34,562 bases of DNA from a virus: positions 1 through 34,562 of IMG/VR virus record IMGVR_UViG_3300045988_048182, one strand, 5' to 3'. Shown piece by piece: positions 1 through 6,938 of the stretch (positions within the stretch are counted from its first letter, which is position 1; each line of letters opens with the position of its first letter). The translations under genes and the position numbers were made by a program. A model generated the notes under the pieces. The model did not search any database. It worked only from the letters and a program-made list of their open reading frames with translations, and was not told the origin of the DNA.

Positions 1-85
1 CGCTCTGTGGCATCGTTTTGAATTGGTAGATAGGTAAACCCACCACATTCAATCAAAACTCGCTTGTAGACGTCATTTTTTGAGA
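1..85. repeat. 85-bp terminal overlap, left copy (identical to 34478-34562); redundancy from assembling a circular genome
   Basis: Compared base by base: both 85-mers are identical. The repeat lies inside an open reading frame, not in an intergenic end region. Confidence 0.9.
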
Positions 86-302
86 TGTAGGCATGTTTTG
101 ATAATTCACGGGCTATCTTATCGCACAATACCCACGCATAAGCGTTGGCATTTAATGAACGGCGCTTTATTTTACGTTTAATTTCAACTATGTATTCAAT
201 GTCCGGGTCTAACTTTTTTAACGCTTCATCAATCGGCGCGGGAATTAATATATTCCAGCCAATCGACTTTATTAAATTAATTCCCTTTGTTACCCACTTC
301 AT
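1..302 (-). CDS. NinB/Orf-like recombination mediator, 5' part. The gene wraps the window junction and continues at 34477 down to 34225 (184 aa when joined).
   Basis: ATG at 300-302 overlaps the TAA of the upstream gene (TAATG). The frame stays open to base 1 and is in frame with 34225-34477 (302+253=555 nt). The motif RSLNANAYAWVLCDKIA resembles the RSLDQN...W...L motif of lambda NinB. The gene sits directly after the annealing protein. Confidence 0.55.
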   Translation of the reverse strand, partial: MKWVTKGINLIKSIGWNILIPAPIDEALKKLDPDIEYIVEIKRKIKRRSLNANAYAWVLCDKIARELSKHAYISKNDVYKRVLIECGGFTYLPIQNDATE

Positions 303-1030
303 TATTTTGCGCTTTCTTCAATTCGCTTTTTCAACCAGGTTAATGCAGCCACCATTTCAAACTCATCTAGCAATGCAACACGCGGTTTCTTGAATTCTGC
401 TGCAACATATTTCGTAATTTCAGCAGGCGGTACATTGTATTGCTTTTGCAATGCTAGAAACTCATCATATCCTTGTACGTGTTCTTTCTTTTGTGTTGTT
501 GGTTGTGCATTATTACTTCCCATTGTGAAACGTACTGAGCCTTTATTATCCACAATAACCAATTTTCTTATATTGCGGTTTTCATCATATTCAATCTCTT
601 GTACTTTGAATTTTGCATATGATTTAGGTTTTCCGTCTTTTCCGGTGTACCATTCGCCTTTATTTAACTGAATATATGTGAATGGCGCTGAATACAATTC
701 ACGCCCTATGCCCCAATTAAAGCAGGCGCGCTTGAAACTATCAGATGCTTGCCCCTTTTCCTTCTCTGTGTTGCTTTCTGTGCCTACATCACTTTTACTT
801 ACCCATTCACCAGTTTTTTCATTGTAAATCGAAACTGTACAATACAAGCGATCACCAACAATTTTATGTTCACGTTGCCAATTCAATGCGCCTACAACTT
901 CATCAAGCATACGCATGTCAACGCGCGCATCTTTGTATAGCAATACCACCGCACCGACTGCACCGTTCTTTTCGCTCAATGATTGGATACGGCAATCAAT
1001 TTCATTTTCTCTTAGTGTTCTAAATTCCAT
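302..1030 (-). CDS. Rad52/Sak-type (DUF1071-like) single-strand annealing protein
   Basis: 242-aa ORF. The motif GQASDSFKRACFNWGIGRELY matches the conserved Rad52/Rad22-family signature seen in phage Sak proteins. The gene lies in the recombination module. Confidence 0.7.
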   Translation of the reverse strand: MEFRTLRENEIDCRIQSLSEKNGAVGAVVLLYKDARVDMRMLDEVVGALNWQREHKIVGDRLYCTVSIYNEKTGEWVSKSDVGTESNTEKEKGQASDSFKRACFNWGIGRELYSAPFTYIQLNKGEWYTGKDGKPKSYAKFKVQEIEYDENRNIRKLVIVDNKGSVRFTMGSNNAQPTTQKKEHVQGYDEFLALQKQYNVPPAEITKYVAAEFKKPRVALLDEFEMVAALTWLKKRIEESAK

Positions 1031-1041
1031 ATCTACACCGC

Positions 1042-1530
1042 CTATTTAATATAGAAATTTTGGTTTACTTTAATTTCTGCGCCTTCTACCATTTCCCCAG
1101 CTTTAATAGCCTTCTTAATTGCCGTTTTATCGGCTTTGATTTCAACCTTTGTAAAGTCCGCCGGGATTACATCAAGGTTGATAATTTCAACACTTTCACT
1201 TTTACGGTATCCGCATTTGAAAGTACCAACGGTTAGCGTTTCAAGTCCTTTTTCTTTTAGTGCAAATTCAACGTTATTTTTTAACCGTTCAACAAAATTC
1301 TCTTTTGTTTTCTTCATTGCGGTTAAACGGTCGATTTCTGCTTTAATACCAGCGATATCGCTTTCCGTATTTTTGATAAATTTACCCGTATTTTCTAGTT
1401 TTTCTTCGATTGATACGTTAATCATTTCTAACGTATCTTGAATTGCTTGAATTTCTTCTTCTGTTTCTGCCGCTTCAAGCATTGCGGAAAGTTCTGCATA
1501 ATCTTTGTTTAATTCGTAGATACTAGCCAT
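1042..1530 (-). CDS. Siphovirus Gp157-family protein
   Basis: 162 aa. N-terminus MASIYELNKDYAELSAMLE, a central coiled coil and a C-terminal ADKTAIKKAIKAGEMVEGAEI segment are typical of Sfi21 gp157 homologues. Confidence 0.8.
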   Translation of the reverse strand: MASIYELNKDYAELSAMLEAAETEEEIQAIQDTLEMINVSIEEKLENTGKFIKNTESDIAGIKAEIDRLTAMKKTKENFVERLKNNVEFALKEKGLETLTVGTFKCGYRKSESVEIINLDVIPADFTKVEIKADKTAIKKAIKAGEMVEGAEIKVNQNFYIK

Positions 1531-1532
1531 TT

Positions 1533-1808
1533 TTATTTATCACCTTTCAAGAACGCAATAATTTCCGCTATGTTATTATTCGTTATAGGTGAGTCCATTA
1601 ACGAACGATGTTCGCCCATATTTACATAAATTATTTTGTCTTTAAATATTGCGTACACATCATAAACAAAAACTACTTTGCTATCTTCCGTGCAATCTTT
1701 TCTAATACTAAGGTTTAAAGAAACGTCTTTATCCGTTATTTTTTCACATAACTCTGTATACATTGCAGTAACTTCTGCAATTTGTTCTTTATTTAATTTC
1801 CAGTCCAT
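1533..1808 (-). CDS. Hypothetical early protein (91 aa)
   Basis: The ORF track begins at a TTG at 1829. ATG 1806-1808 (MDWKLNKEQ) is preceded by AAGGAG and is the better start. Confidence 0.6.
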   Translation of the reverse strand: MDWKLNKEQIAEVTAMYTELCEKITDKDVSLNLSIRKDCTEDSKVVFVYDVYAIFKDKIIYVNMGEHRSLMDSPITNNNIAEIIAFLKGDK

Positions 1809-1898
1809 TTTTTCTCCTTGCCACCTCAACTACATCGTTGTATGATGTGGTTAAGATGCTTTCTCATGGTTTGCATCGTTGCCCAATTGTAGTTGCCG

Positions 1899-2075
1899 CT
1901 ACTGTTGGGCATTTCTTTTAATTTCATCAATGTATATTCCGCCGCATAATAACAATATCCCAATAGTGATTTGCAAGCATGCTTCGTACATTGTGATGCG
2001 GTCTAGTTCTAAACTTCCAGGCGTACCAGCTAGGAATACCGCACCGATAATTTTAATTATCGTGAGTAATCGCAT
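1899..2075 (-). CDS. Small 2-TM membrane protein (58 aa), not in the ORF track
   Basis: ATG 2073-2075 overlaps the TAA of the upstream gene (TAATG), and GGGAGA lies 7 nt upstream. Translation is MRLLTIIKIIGAVFLAGTPG...ITIGILLLCGGIYIDEIKRNAQQ with two hydrophobic segments. It is preferred over the antisense 1879-2091 ORF. Confidence 0.55.
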   Translation of the reverse strand: MRLLTIIKIIGAVFLAGTPGSLELDRITMYEACLQITIGILLLCGGIYIDEIKRNAQQ

Positions 2076-2365
2076 TACATTTCTCCCGTGATCATCAGCA
2101 TTTGGCTGGTGATTTTTTTTATACCTTGTTTGAGTTTTGTGTTTTCCTCTTCAAGTTCTTCACATCGTTTCAATAATTTGCGGTAGTTAAACGCGTTACA
2201 CTCGTTCTCTATGCCCGCCACATTTTGAATTTCTTGTACTGAAAACAATACACCTGGTAATTTCTCTATGGCGTGAATAACGCCATTATTCCTAAGGTTA
2301 TACACCGAAGATTTTGAAATGCCTAACACTTCAGCTACTTCATCAACGGTGTATGTTAATTTCAT
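2075..2365 (-). CDS. Excisionase/MerR-type HTH DNA-binding protein with a C-terminal coiled coil
   Basis: The N-terminus LTYTVDEVAEVLGISKSSVYNLRNNGVI is a classic HTH_17/excisionase-family helix-turn-helix. It is the second gene of the early leftward operon. Confidence 0.6.
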   Translation of the reverse strand: MKLTYTVDEVAEVLGISKSSVYNLRNNGVIHAIEKLPGVLFSVQEIQNVAGIENECNAFNYRKLLKRCEELEEENTKLKQGIKKITSQMLMITGEM

Positions 2366-2571
2366 TTCGTATCTCCTTTCATCAATTCAGATAACCCACA
2401 CTTGAAATAGTGTGCCACCTTTACCAGGCTGCTAACGCTAGGCGATTGCTCACCACTTCGCCACCTAGAAATAACGCTTTCCGATATTCCCGTTTCTTTA
2501 GATAGCTTATAAGCGCTAACACCCTTGTTATCCATCAAGCGAAAAATATTCTTCGAAACAGTTTTAATCAT
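2362..2571 (-). CDS. Cro-like XRE-family HTH regulator
   Basis: 69 aa. VSAYKLSKETGISESVISRWRSGEQSPS is an XRE HTH. The gene is divergent from the CI-like gene across an operator-bearing intergenic region. Confidence 0.8.
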   Translation of the reverse strand: MIKTVSKNIFRLMDNKGVSAYKLSKETGISESVISRWRSGEQSPSVSSLVKVAHYFKCGLSELMKGDTK

Positions 2572-2591
2572 TTACACCACCTTTTCTATTT

Positions 2592-2620
2592 GATATACTT
2601 GCGTTATAGCAAGTAATAAA
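2592..2620 (-). promoter_or_regulatory. Candidate early lytic promoter (-35 TTTATT, 17-nt spacer, -10 TATATC) with operator O1 filling the spacer
   Basis: The minus strand reads TTTATT-ACTTGCTATAACGCAAG-TATATC. The layout matches the promoter at 25735-25763, with the operator in the spacer and its last T being the first T of the -10. Confidence 0.45.
2597..2614. promoter_or_regulatory. Operator O1: ACTTGCGTTATAGCAAGT
   Basis: 18-bp inverted repeat with one mismatch to the palindrome ACTTGCG-N4-CGCAAGT. Confidence 0.7.
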
Positions 2621-2665
2621 TATTTCACCTTTCATACCTGCTATAACACGATTGTTTATAAGATT

Positions 2666-2683
2666 GCTTGCGTTTTCGCAACT
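2666..2683. promoter_or_regulatory. Operator O2: GCTTGCGTTTTCGCAACT
   Basis: Same 7-N4-7 palindrome with mismatches at the two outer positions. It overlaps a candidate cI-side -35 (TTCGCA 2675-2680, 18-nt spacer, TATAGT 2699-2704). Confidence 0.65.
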
Positions 2684-2701
2684 ACCTTATGGCTTAATTA
2701 T

Positions 2702-2719
2702 AGTTGCGTTTCCGCAAGT
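2702..2719. promoter_or_regulatory. Operator O3: AGTTGCGTTTCCGCAAGT
   Basis: Same palindrome with one mismatch. Its centre is 36 bp from the O2 centre. Confidence 0.65.
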
Positions 2720-2780
2720 AGTCTAGTAAACTTTTCGTAAATTATCATAAATAATCGTTTATAATTTGCGGAGGTTAAAC

Positions 2781-3125
2781 ATGTTTTACCAAAGGTTCAG
2801 TGATGCCATGCAAAAAACAGGCGTTTCTATGTATCAAGTTTCAAAGGATACAGGCATAGCACAAAGTACTATTTCACGTTGGAAAACTCAAAACTCAACG
2901 CCTAGTTTAAAGACTGTTAAAATTTTGGCTGAGTATTTCAACGTGCCAACCTCTTATTTTACGGAAGGCGTAGCGGGAACGCCTGAGATTAAACCAACCG
3001 AAAGAAAAGTTGATTTAAAACAATTAAGTGATAGCACTTTAATTTGTTATTATGGTGATCGTAAACTGACTACTTCGCAAAAAGCGAAATTATCAAAGGT
3101 GTTGAAAGCTGTATTAGAAGATTAA
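2781..3125 (+). CDS. CI-like XRE-family repressor
   Basis: GGAGG at 2770-2774 precedes ATG 2781 (the ORF track starts at an upstream TTG). HTH is VSMYQVSKDTGIAQSTISRWKTQNSTPS. An ImmA-type protease gene follows. Confidence 0.8.
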   Translation: MFYQRFSDAMQKTGVSMYQVSKDTGIAQSTISRWKTQNSTPSLKTVKILAEYFNVPTSYFTEGVAGTPEIKPTERKVDLKQLSDSTLICYYGDRKLTTSQKAKLSKVLKAVLED

Positions 3126-3149
3126 TAATATTCAAGGGGAATTGTTAGC

Positions 3150-3509
3150 ATGTTCAATATGTGTTCTTTTGTCTTAGATTTAATTAAGTCGCACGGCTCA
3201 AATGAACCGCGCAGCATTGCAAGCAAGTTAAACATTAAAGTATTTTATAAACGTATGCCCGTAGGTGTTAGTGGTGTACTGATTAAACCGGAGATTAAAA
3301 AGGCTATTATTATAAATAGCCGGTTAAGTAGGCGCCAGCAGCGCGAAGCACTTGCGCATGAATTAGGGCATGCATTGCTTCATGGTGAATACGATTTATA
3401 CGGCGGCTTAGATAGCACCACACGCGCAAAACTTGAAATAGATGCGAATACTTTTGCGCATTTATTGTTAAATAAAGGGGTTCAACATGAAAAAGAAAGA
3501 TGCAATTAA
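3150..3509 (+). CDS. ImmA/IrrE-family zinc metallopeptidase (likely repressor-cleaving anti-repressor)
   Basis: Carries the HEXXH motif in the context ALAHELGHALLH. The gene is small and sits immediately downstream of an XRE repressor, as in ImmR/ImmA pairs. Confidence 0.8.
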   Translation: MFNMCSFVLDLIKSHGSNEPRSIASKLNIKVFYKRMPVGVSGVLIKPEIKKAIIINSRLSRRQQREALAHELGHALLHGEYDLYGGLDSTTRAKLEIDANTFAHLLLNKGVQHEKERCN

Positions 3510-3699
3510 TGTAGCTTTTTATCAAAGTGTTTTTTATTTAATTATTGGCTTGGCTTTGGGCCTTGTGCCGTGGCAAGAACATAGATATATATTAGCGATT
3601 ATAGTATTAGCTTTATTTATTGCCGCGCATTACATAGCCAAATATTCAATAGAGGAATTAGACGATGCAATGCAATATAACCATAAGAAAGAAAGATAA
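3487..3699 (+). CDS. Small 2-TM membrane protein in the lysogeny module
   Basis: 70 aa. AAAGGGG lies upstream of the ATG. Two hydrophobic helices are present (FYLIIGLALGLV, ILAIIVLALFIAAHYI). The gene overlaps both neighbours. Confidence 0.55.
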   Translation: MKKKDAINVAFYQSVFYLIIGLALGLVPWQEHRYILAIIVLALFIAAHYIAKYSIEELDDAMQYNHKKER

Positions 3700-4717
3700 A
3701 GGGTTTCAATGCATCGTTTCGTACAAAGACGGCAACCGCTGGCGCCAGAAATCTAAACAGGGTTTTGAAACGCAAAAGGCTGCTAAAATTCACGCGCAAA
3801 CGATCATTGATGAATTAAAAAAGACTATCACCTTTTCAATAGATGATAGTCTAAAAGATTTAACCTTAATGCAATTTTTCAATATATATTTAAACGAACA
3901 GTTGAATTTAACGGCCAATACTTTAATCGCGTACAAAAACGCATTAAATGTAGTTGATGCGTTAAAAAATAAGAAAATAACAGAAATAACAACGCTAGAT
4001 ATTACGCGCGAATTTAATAATACAAGCTACTCAATCAGTTCAATTAATCTATGCACCGCCGTTTTAAAATTGTTATTCAATTACGCCATATCACCATACG
4101 CCATTATCCACACAAACCCTTGCATGCGGCTTAAAACCCTAAAGAAAAAGGATAATAAAAAACTATCAGTCTTTACTGAAAGCGAATTATCATTATTAGA
4201 AAACATGCAAGATAAACATTATATGTATTATGTGCTATTTTCTGTTGCACGTTATACCGGGGCGCGTTATGGCGAAATCATAGGCATAAACTGGTCTGAT
4301 ATTGATTTAGTAAATCAAACAATGACAATTAATAAGCAATGGACGGCGCTAATTAACGGAAAATACGGATACGCCAACACAAAATCAACAAACGGCGTTC
4401 GCACTATTCCAATACCGCCAGTTTTAACAGATATATTATCTAATTTTAAAAAAGTATCTAGCAAAGAACGGTTATTTGATTTTAAAAATAATAAATCTAC
4501 ACTAGCCAATCAAGTATTAAAACAATACGTTCAAAATAAAACTATGCATTCATTTCGGCATACTTACGCATGTACGCTTTTGGCAAATAATGTAGATATA
4601 AAAACCGTTGCCAGTCTATTGGGCGATACCGTGGATACGGTAATAAACAATTATATTCACTACACGGACGAAATGCGAAAAAATGCCGCTGATAAAGTGG
4701 CAAATATTTTTGGATAA
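3665..4717 (+). CDS. int: Tyrosine recombinase / phage integrase
   Basis: 350 aa. GAGGAA lies 7 nt upstream of the ATG. Catalytic-type motifs are ARYTGARYGEI, HSFRHTYAC and a C-terminal NNYIHY. The N-terminal KDKGFQCIVSYKDGNRWRQKSKQGF resembles an arm-binding domain. Confidence 0.9.
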   Translation: MQCNITIRKKDKGFQCIVSYKDGNRWRQKSKQGFETQKAAKIHAQTIIDELKKTITFSIDDSLKDLTLMQFFNIYLNEQLNLTANTLIAYKNALNVVDALKNKKITEITTLDITREFNNTSYSISSINLCTAVLKLLFNYAISPYAIIHTNPCMRLKTLKKKDNKKLSVFTESELSLLENMQDKHYMYYVLFSVARYTGARYGEIIGINWSDIDLVNQTMTINKQWTALINGKYGYANTKSTNGVRTIPIPPVLTDILSNFKKVSSKERLFDFKNNKSTLANQVLKQYVQNKTMHSFRHTYACTLLANNVDIKTVASLLGDTVDTVINNYIHYTDEMRKNAADKVANIFG

Positions 4718-4938
4718 TAGTTTTTGCCGTTTTTATGCCGTTTTAGAGAAAAACGCATTAAAAAACATGGTTTTACTCATATATTTAACAATACTTTATT
4801 ATAGCGTATTTAATAATTTTTATCTATAATATCGCACATCGTAGTTTTTAATTGATTGGCCATAACGTAAATTTAAAATTCTAACCACAAAATTATATAG
4901 CTTTACATGAAATTTTTGACGTATTTTTGCCGTCAAAT
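4718..4938. other. Putative attP region (AT-rich, with repeated TTTTNTGCCGT motifs)
   Basis: Non-coding, AT-rich stretch directly downstream of int. TTTTTGCCGT occurs at 4721-4730, TTTTATGCCGT at 4731-4741 and TTTTTGCCGT at 4924-4933. The core site cannot be defined without a host sequence. Confidence 0.4.
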
Positions 4939-4975
4939 AAAAAAGAGGGGTACCGCTTATGGTACCCCTTTATTA
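4939..4975. terminator. Bidirectional rho-independent terminator
   Basis: 11-bp stem AAGAGGGGTACC / GGTACCCCTTT (4944-4954 with 4961-4971). An A-run flanks it on the left and TTTATT on the right. It lies between convergent plus- and minus-strand genes. Confidence 0.75.
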
Positions 4976-5137
4976 CTAATCTAATTCAACAAGACGTTTT
5001 AATTCGCCATTTACAAACCACATTTCACAACGTACATTGTTATGGTCTGTTAAAGTTGCGGTGTATAAACCGTCTTTCTTTGGTTCTACTTCTTCTGCGA
5101 ACATATGCGTTTTGCCTTCAAATGTAAATGTTTTCAT
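4976..5137 (-). CDS. Small hypothetical protein (53 aa), not in the ORF track
   Basis: ATG 5135-5137 with AAAGGG upstream. Translation is MKTFTFEGKTHMFAEEVEPKKDGLYTATLTDHNNVRCEMWFVNGELKRLVELD. The terminator follows immediately. Confidence 0.45.
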   Translation of the reverse strand: MKTFTFEGKTHMFAEEVEPKKDGLYTATLTDHNNVRCEMWFVNGELKRLVELD

Positions 5138-5207
5138 ATCATATACCCTTTCATTAAATGAATTATAGTTTACCGTAAACCGTACGGCGCGGAGATAATC
5201 GGATCAC

Positions 5208-5777
5208 CTACCATTTCGCGAATGTATAAAGTGCGCTGGCACCTTTAAACTGCTTACCGTCAAAATGCGCTAGGCCTTGAAAGTCGCCAGCTTGATAACC
5301 TACAGTTTCGTATACCTTTCCAGTTTCCAGTACAGTAACGCCGCCCATTATGCGATGTGCCTTATTAAGATTAATTTTATATACATCAACCTTTTGTTCA
5401 TCGGTATTTTCTACAACGGCGGTTCTATCGCTTTTTTCTGTAGCTTCCTTTGGAATATTCGGAGATTTATCCTTAATAGCATTTTTCGTAACTACTGCCG
5501 CATCATGTAACGTTGGCGCATGTGTATAATACGTTGCTACCGGCTGCGCGGTTTCCTTATACGCAATTACTTCCGTTGCTTCCTTTGGCGTGATTTTTAA
5601 CGTATCCGCCAGTTTCTGCGGGTTTTTCGCTACTGTTTGATTGAGGATAACAGGTTCTTGCAATTTCTTTGTATAAGCCATTCTGTAACAAAATAAGCCT
5701 ACCACCACCAGCAGCACAAGTGCTGTCACGGTAATGACCGGCGCATATCGCCTTAATAATTGAATGATAGTATCCAT
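5208..5777 (-). CDS. N-terminally membrane-anchored protein at the end of the lysis cassette (spanin position; function unknown)
   Basis: 189 aa. GGGGG lies upstream of the ATG. There is a single N-terminal TM helix (VITVTALVLLVVVGLFCY). The C-terminal part looks beta-rich and ends in aromatic residues (LYTFAKW). Confidence 0.6.
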   Translation of the reverse strand: MDTIIQLLRRYAPVITVTALVLLVVVGLFCYRMAYTKKLQEPVILNQTVAKNPQKLADTLKITPKEATEVIAYKETAQPVATYYTHAPTLHDAAVVTKNAIKDKSPNIPKEATEKSDRTAVVENTDEQKVDVYKINLNKAHRIMGGVTVLETGKVYETVGYQAGDFQGLAHFDGKQFKGASALYTFAKW

Positions 5778-5789
5778 AATTACCCCCTA

Positions 5790-6386
5790 TTAAATAGGCC
5801 AATTTAGCACTAAATCGGCATCAAATTCCTTGCCCTCGATGTTTTCGCTAAATGTGTACTGCCACAAATTGGCCCCTTCATAGTCGCATTGGTTATTAAG
5901 TTGTGCGCACCAGATAGCGCAACCGCCCAATTGACTAATGTCTAATACATTCACTAACCAATCATAACTAGCGTACAAACCAGTATTAACATATCCAGCT
6001 TGCCACAATTTATTGATGAACACACTACAAATATTTGTTAATTCTTGGCCCGTTGGCATGCCACGATTTGCCTTGTAATCGTCCGCATCTTCCATATCAA
6101 ACCATACGCCCATAGGCAACTTATCAGCAGTTAAGCCGGCATCGTTCAATGTATTCAATACAAATTCTGCTTCGTCCGCTGCACGTTCTTCATTTATAGC
6201 GTAGGAATAATGGTATACGCCAATAGCTAAACCTGCGTTTATTGCACCGTTTACGTTGTTATAGAATTCACTATCTAAATTACCGCGGCCATAACCAATG
6301 CGGATAATAGCAAAATCGAACCCGTTCGCCTTAACCGCGCCCCAATCAACTACACCGTTATTTTCGCTTACATCAATACCCCTCAT
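5790..6386 (-). CDS. GH25 muramidase endolysin, single domain
   Basis: The N-terminus MRGIDVSENNGVVDWGAVKANGFDFAIIRIGYG plus GVYHYSYA are typical glycoside hydrolase family 25 motifs. At 198 aa there is no room for a wall-binding domain. Confidence 0.85.
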   Translation of the reverse strand: MRGIDVSENNGVVDWGAVKANGFDFAIIRIGYGRGNLDSEFYNNVNGAINAGLAIGVYHYSYAINEERAADEAEFVLNTLNDAGLTADKLPMGVWFDMEDADDYKANRGMPTGQELTNICSVFINKLWQAGYVNTGLYASYDWLVNVLDISQLGGCAIWCAQLNNQCDYEGANLWQYTFSENIEGKEFDADLVLNWPI

Positions 6387-6394
6387 GGTACCCC

Positions 6395-6928
6395 CTATAA
6401 TTTAACTTTGTTTTCAATTTTAGTTTTAACTAAATCTAAAAATTTACCTAGCATCATATTTCCGCCGTCGCGTAGGTTTTCCATAATGGATAAGAATTCA
6501 CACGAACCCAAATATAACCATACCAGCGATACCGCGAACTGCTTTTGACCGCTCATTTCATCGAATAAGAAGGCGGCAAGTGTAGCGGCGACGTATGTCG
6601 CCACTTTAAACACAAAACCTTTTCGCATGTATCGGCTTGAAATTAACCCCTTATCAAACGCCAACGGTATTGCACGGTATTTTTCCCAAACCGCAATTTC
6701 GTCTGCTTTATAGTTGTATTCATCAACCAACATTCTATAAGCGATTGCCGCCCATTTAGTGAATAAGTCAACGAATACCAATAAAATAAACACGCCCAAT
6801 ATTTGAACGTGTTTTATATGAATTAACCACATGCCAACCGCACCGGCGCCACTTAGTATAACTTTTAATAAAAAACTATCTGTTAAAGAGTTCCAACCTT
6901 CAACAAAAAACCTAGTGAAATGATCCAT
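6395..6928 (-). CDS. Holin (phage_holin_4_1 / TcdE-like)
   Basis: 177 aa with several TM helices. A C-terminal SIMENLRDGG motif resembles the SILEN motif of this holin family. The gene lies directly upstream of the endolysin. Confidence 0.65.
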   Translation of the reverse strand: MDHFTRFFVEGWNSLTDSFLLKVILSGAGAVGMWLIHIKHVQILGVFILLVFVDLFTKWAAIAYRMLVDEYNYKADEIAVWEKYRAIPLAFDKGLISSRYMRKGFVFKVATYVAATLAAFLFDEMSGQKQFAVSLVWLYLGSCEFLSIMENLRDGGNMMLGKFLDLVKTKIENKVKL

Positions 6929-6938
6929 TACTTACCCC

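Noticed and set aside
145-393. 82-aa plus-strand ORF at the window start, and the neighbouring ORFs 390-671, 745-1023 and 749-940
   Set aside because: They are antisense to the NinB-like and Rad52-like genes, have no SD sequences and have hydrophobic junk-like composition.
1879-2091. 70-aa plus-strand ORF in the gap between the 91-aa gene and the HTH gene
   Set aside because: It has no ribosome-binding site and its composition is Cys/Ile/Pro-rich and odd. The minus strand has a better 58-aa membrane ORF (1899-2075) with an SD sequence and a TAATG coupling to the upstream gene.
4927-5127. 66-aa plus-strand ORF after the integrase
   Set aside because: It begins at a TTG inside the terminator hairpin and has no SD sequence. 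The antisense 53-aa ORF (4976-5137) fits the operon and terminator layout better.
4718-5207. Search for a tRNA gene or tRNA-derived att core near the integrase
   Set aside because: No cloverleaf-compatible stems, GTTC-type T-loop or CCA-adjacent acceptor pairing were seen. The only strong hairpin is the terminator at 4944-4971.
5557-5802. 81-aa alternative-frame ORF overlapping 5208-5777 and the endolysin stop
   Set aside because: It is nested out of frame within a better-supported gene and has no independent start signals.
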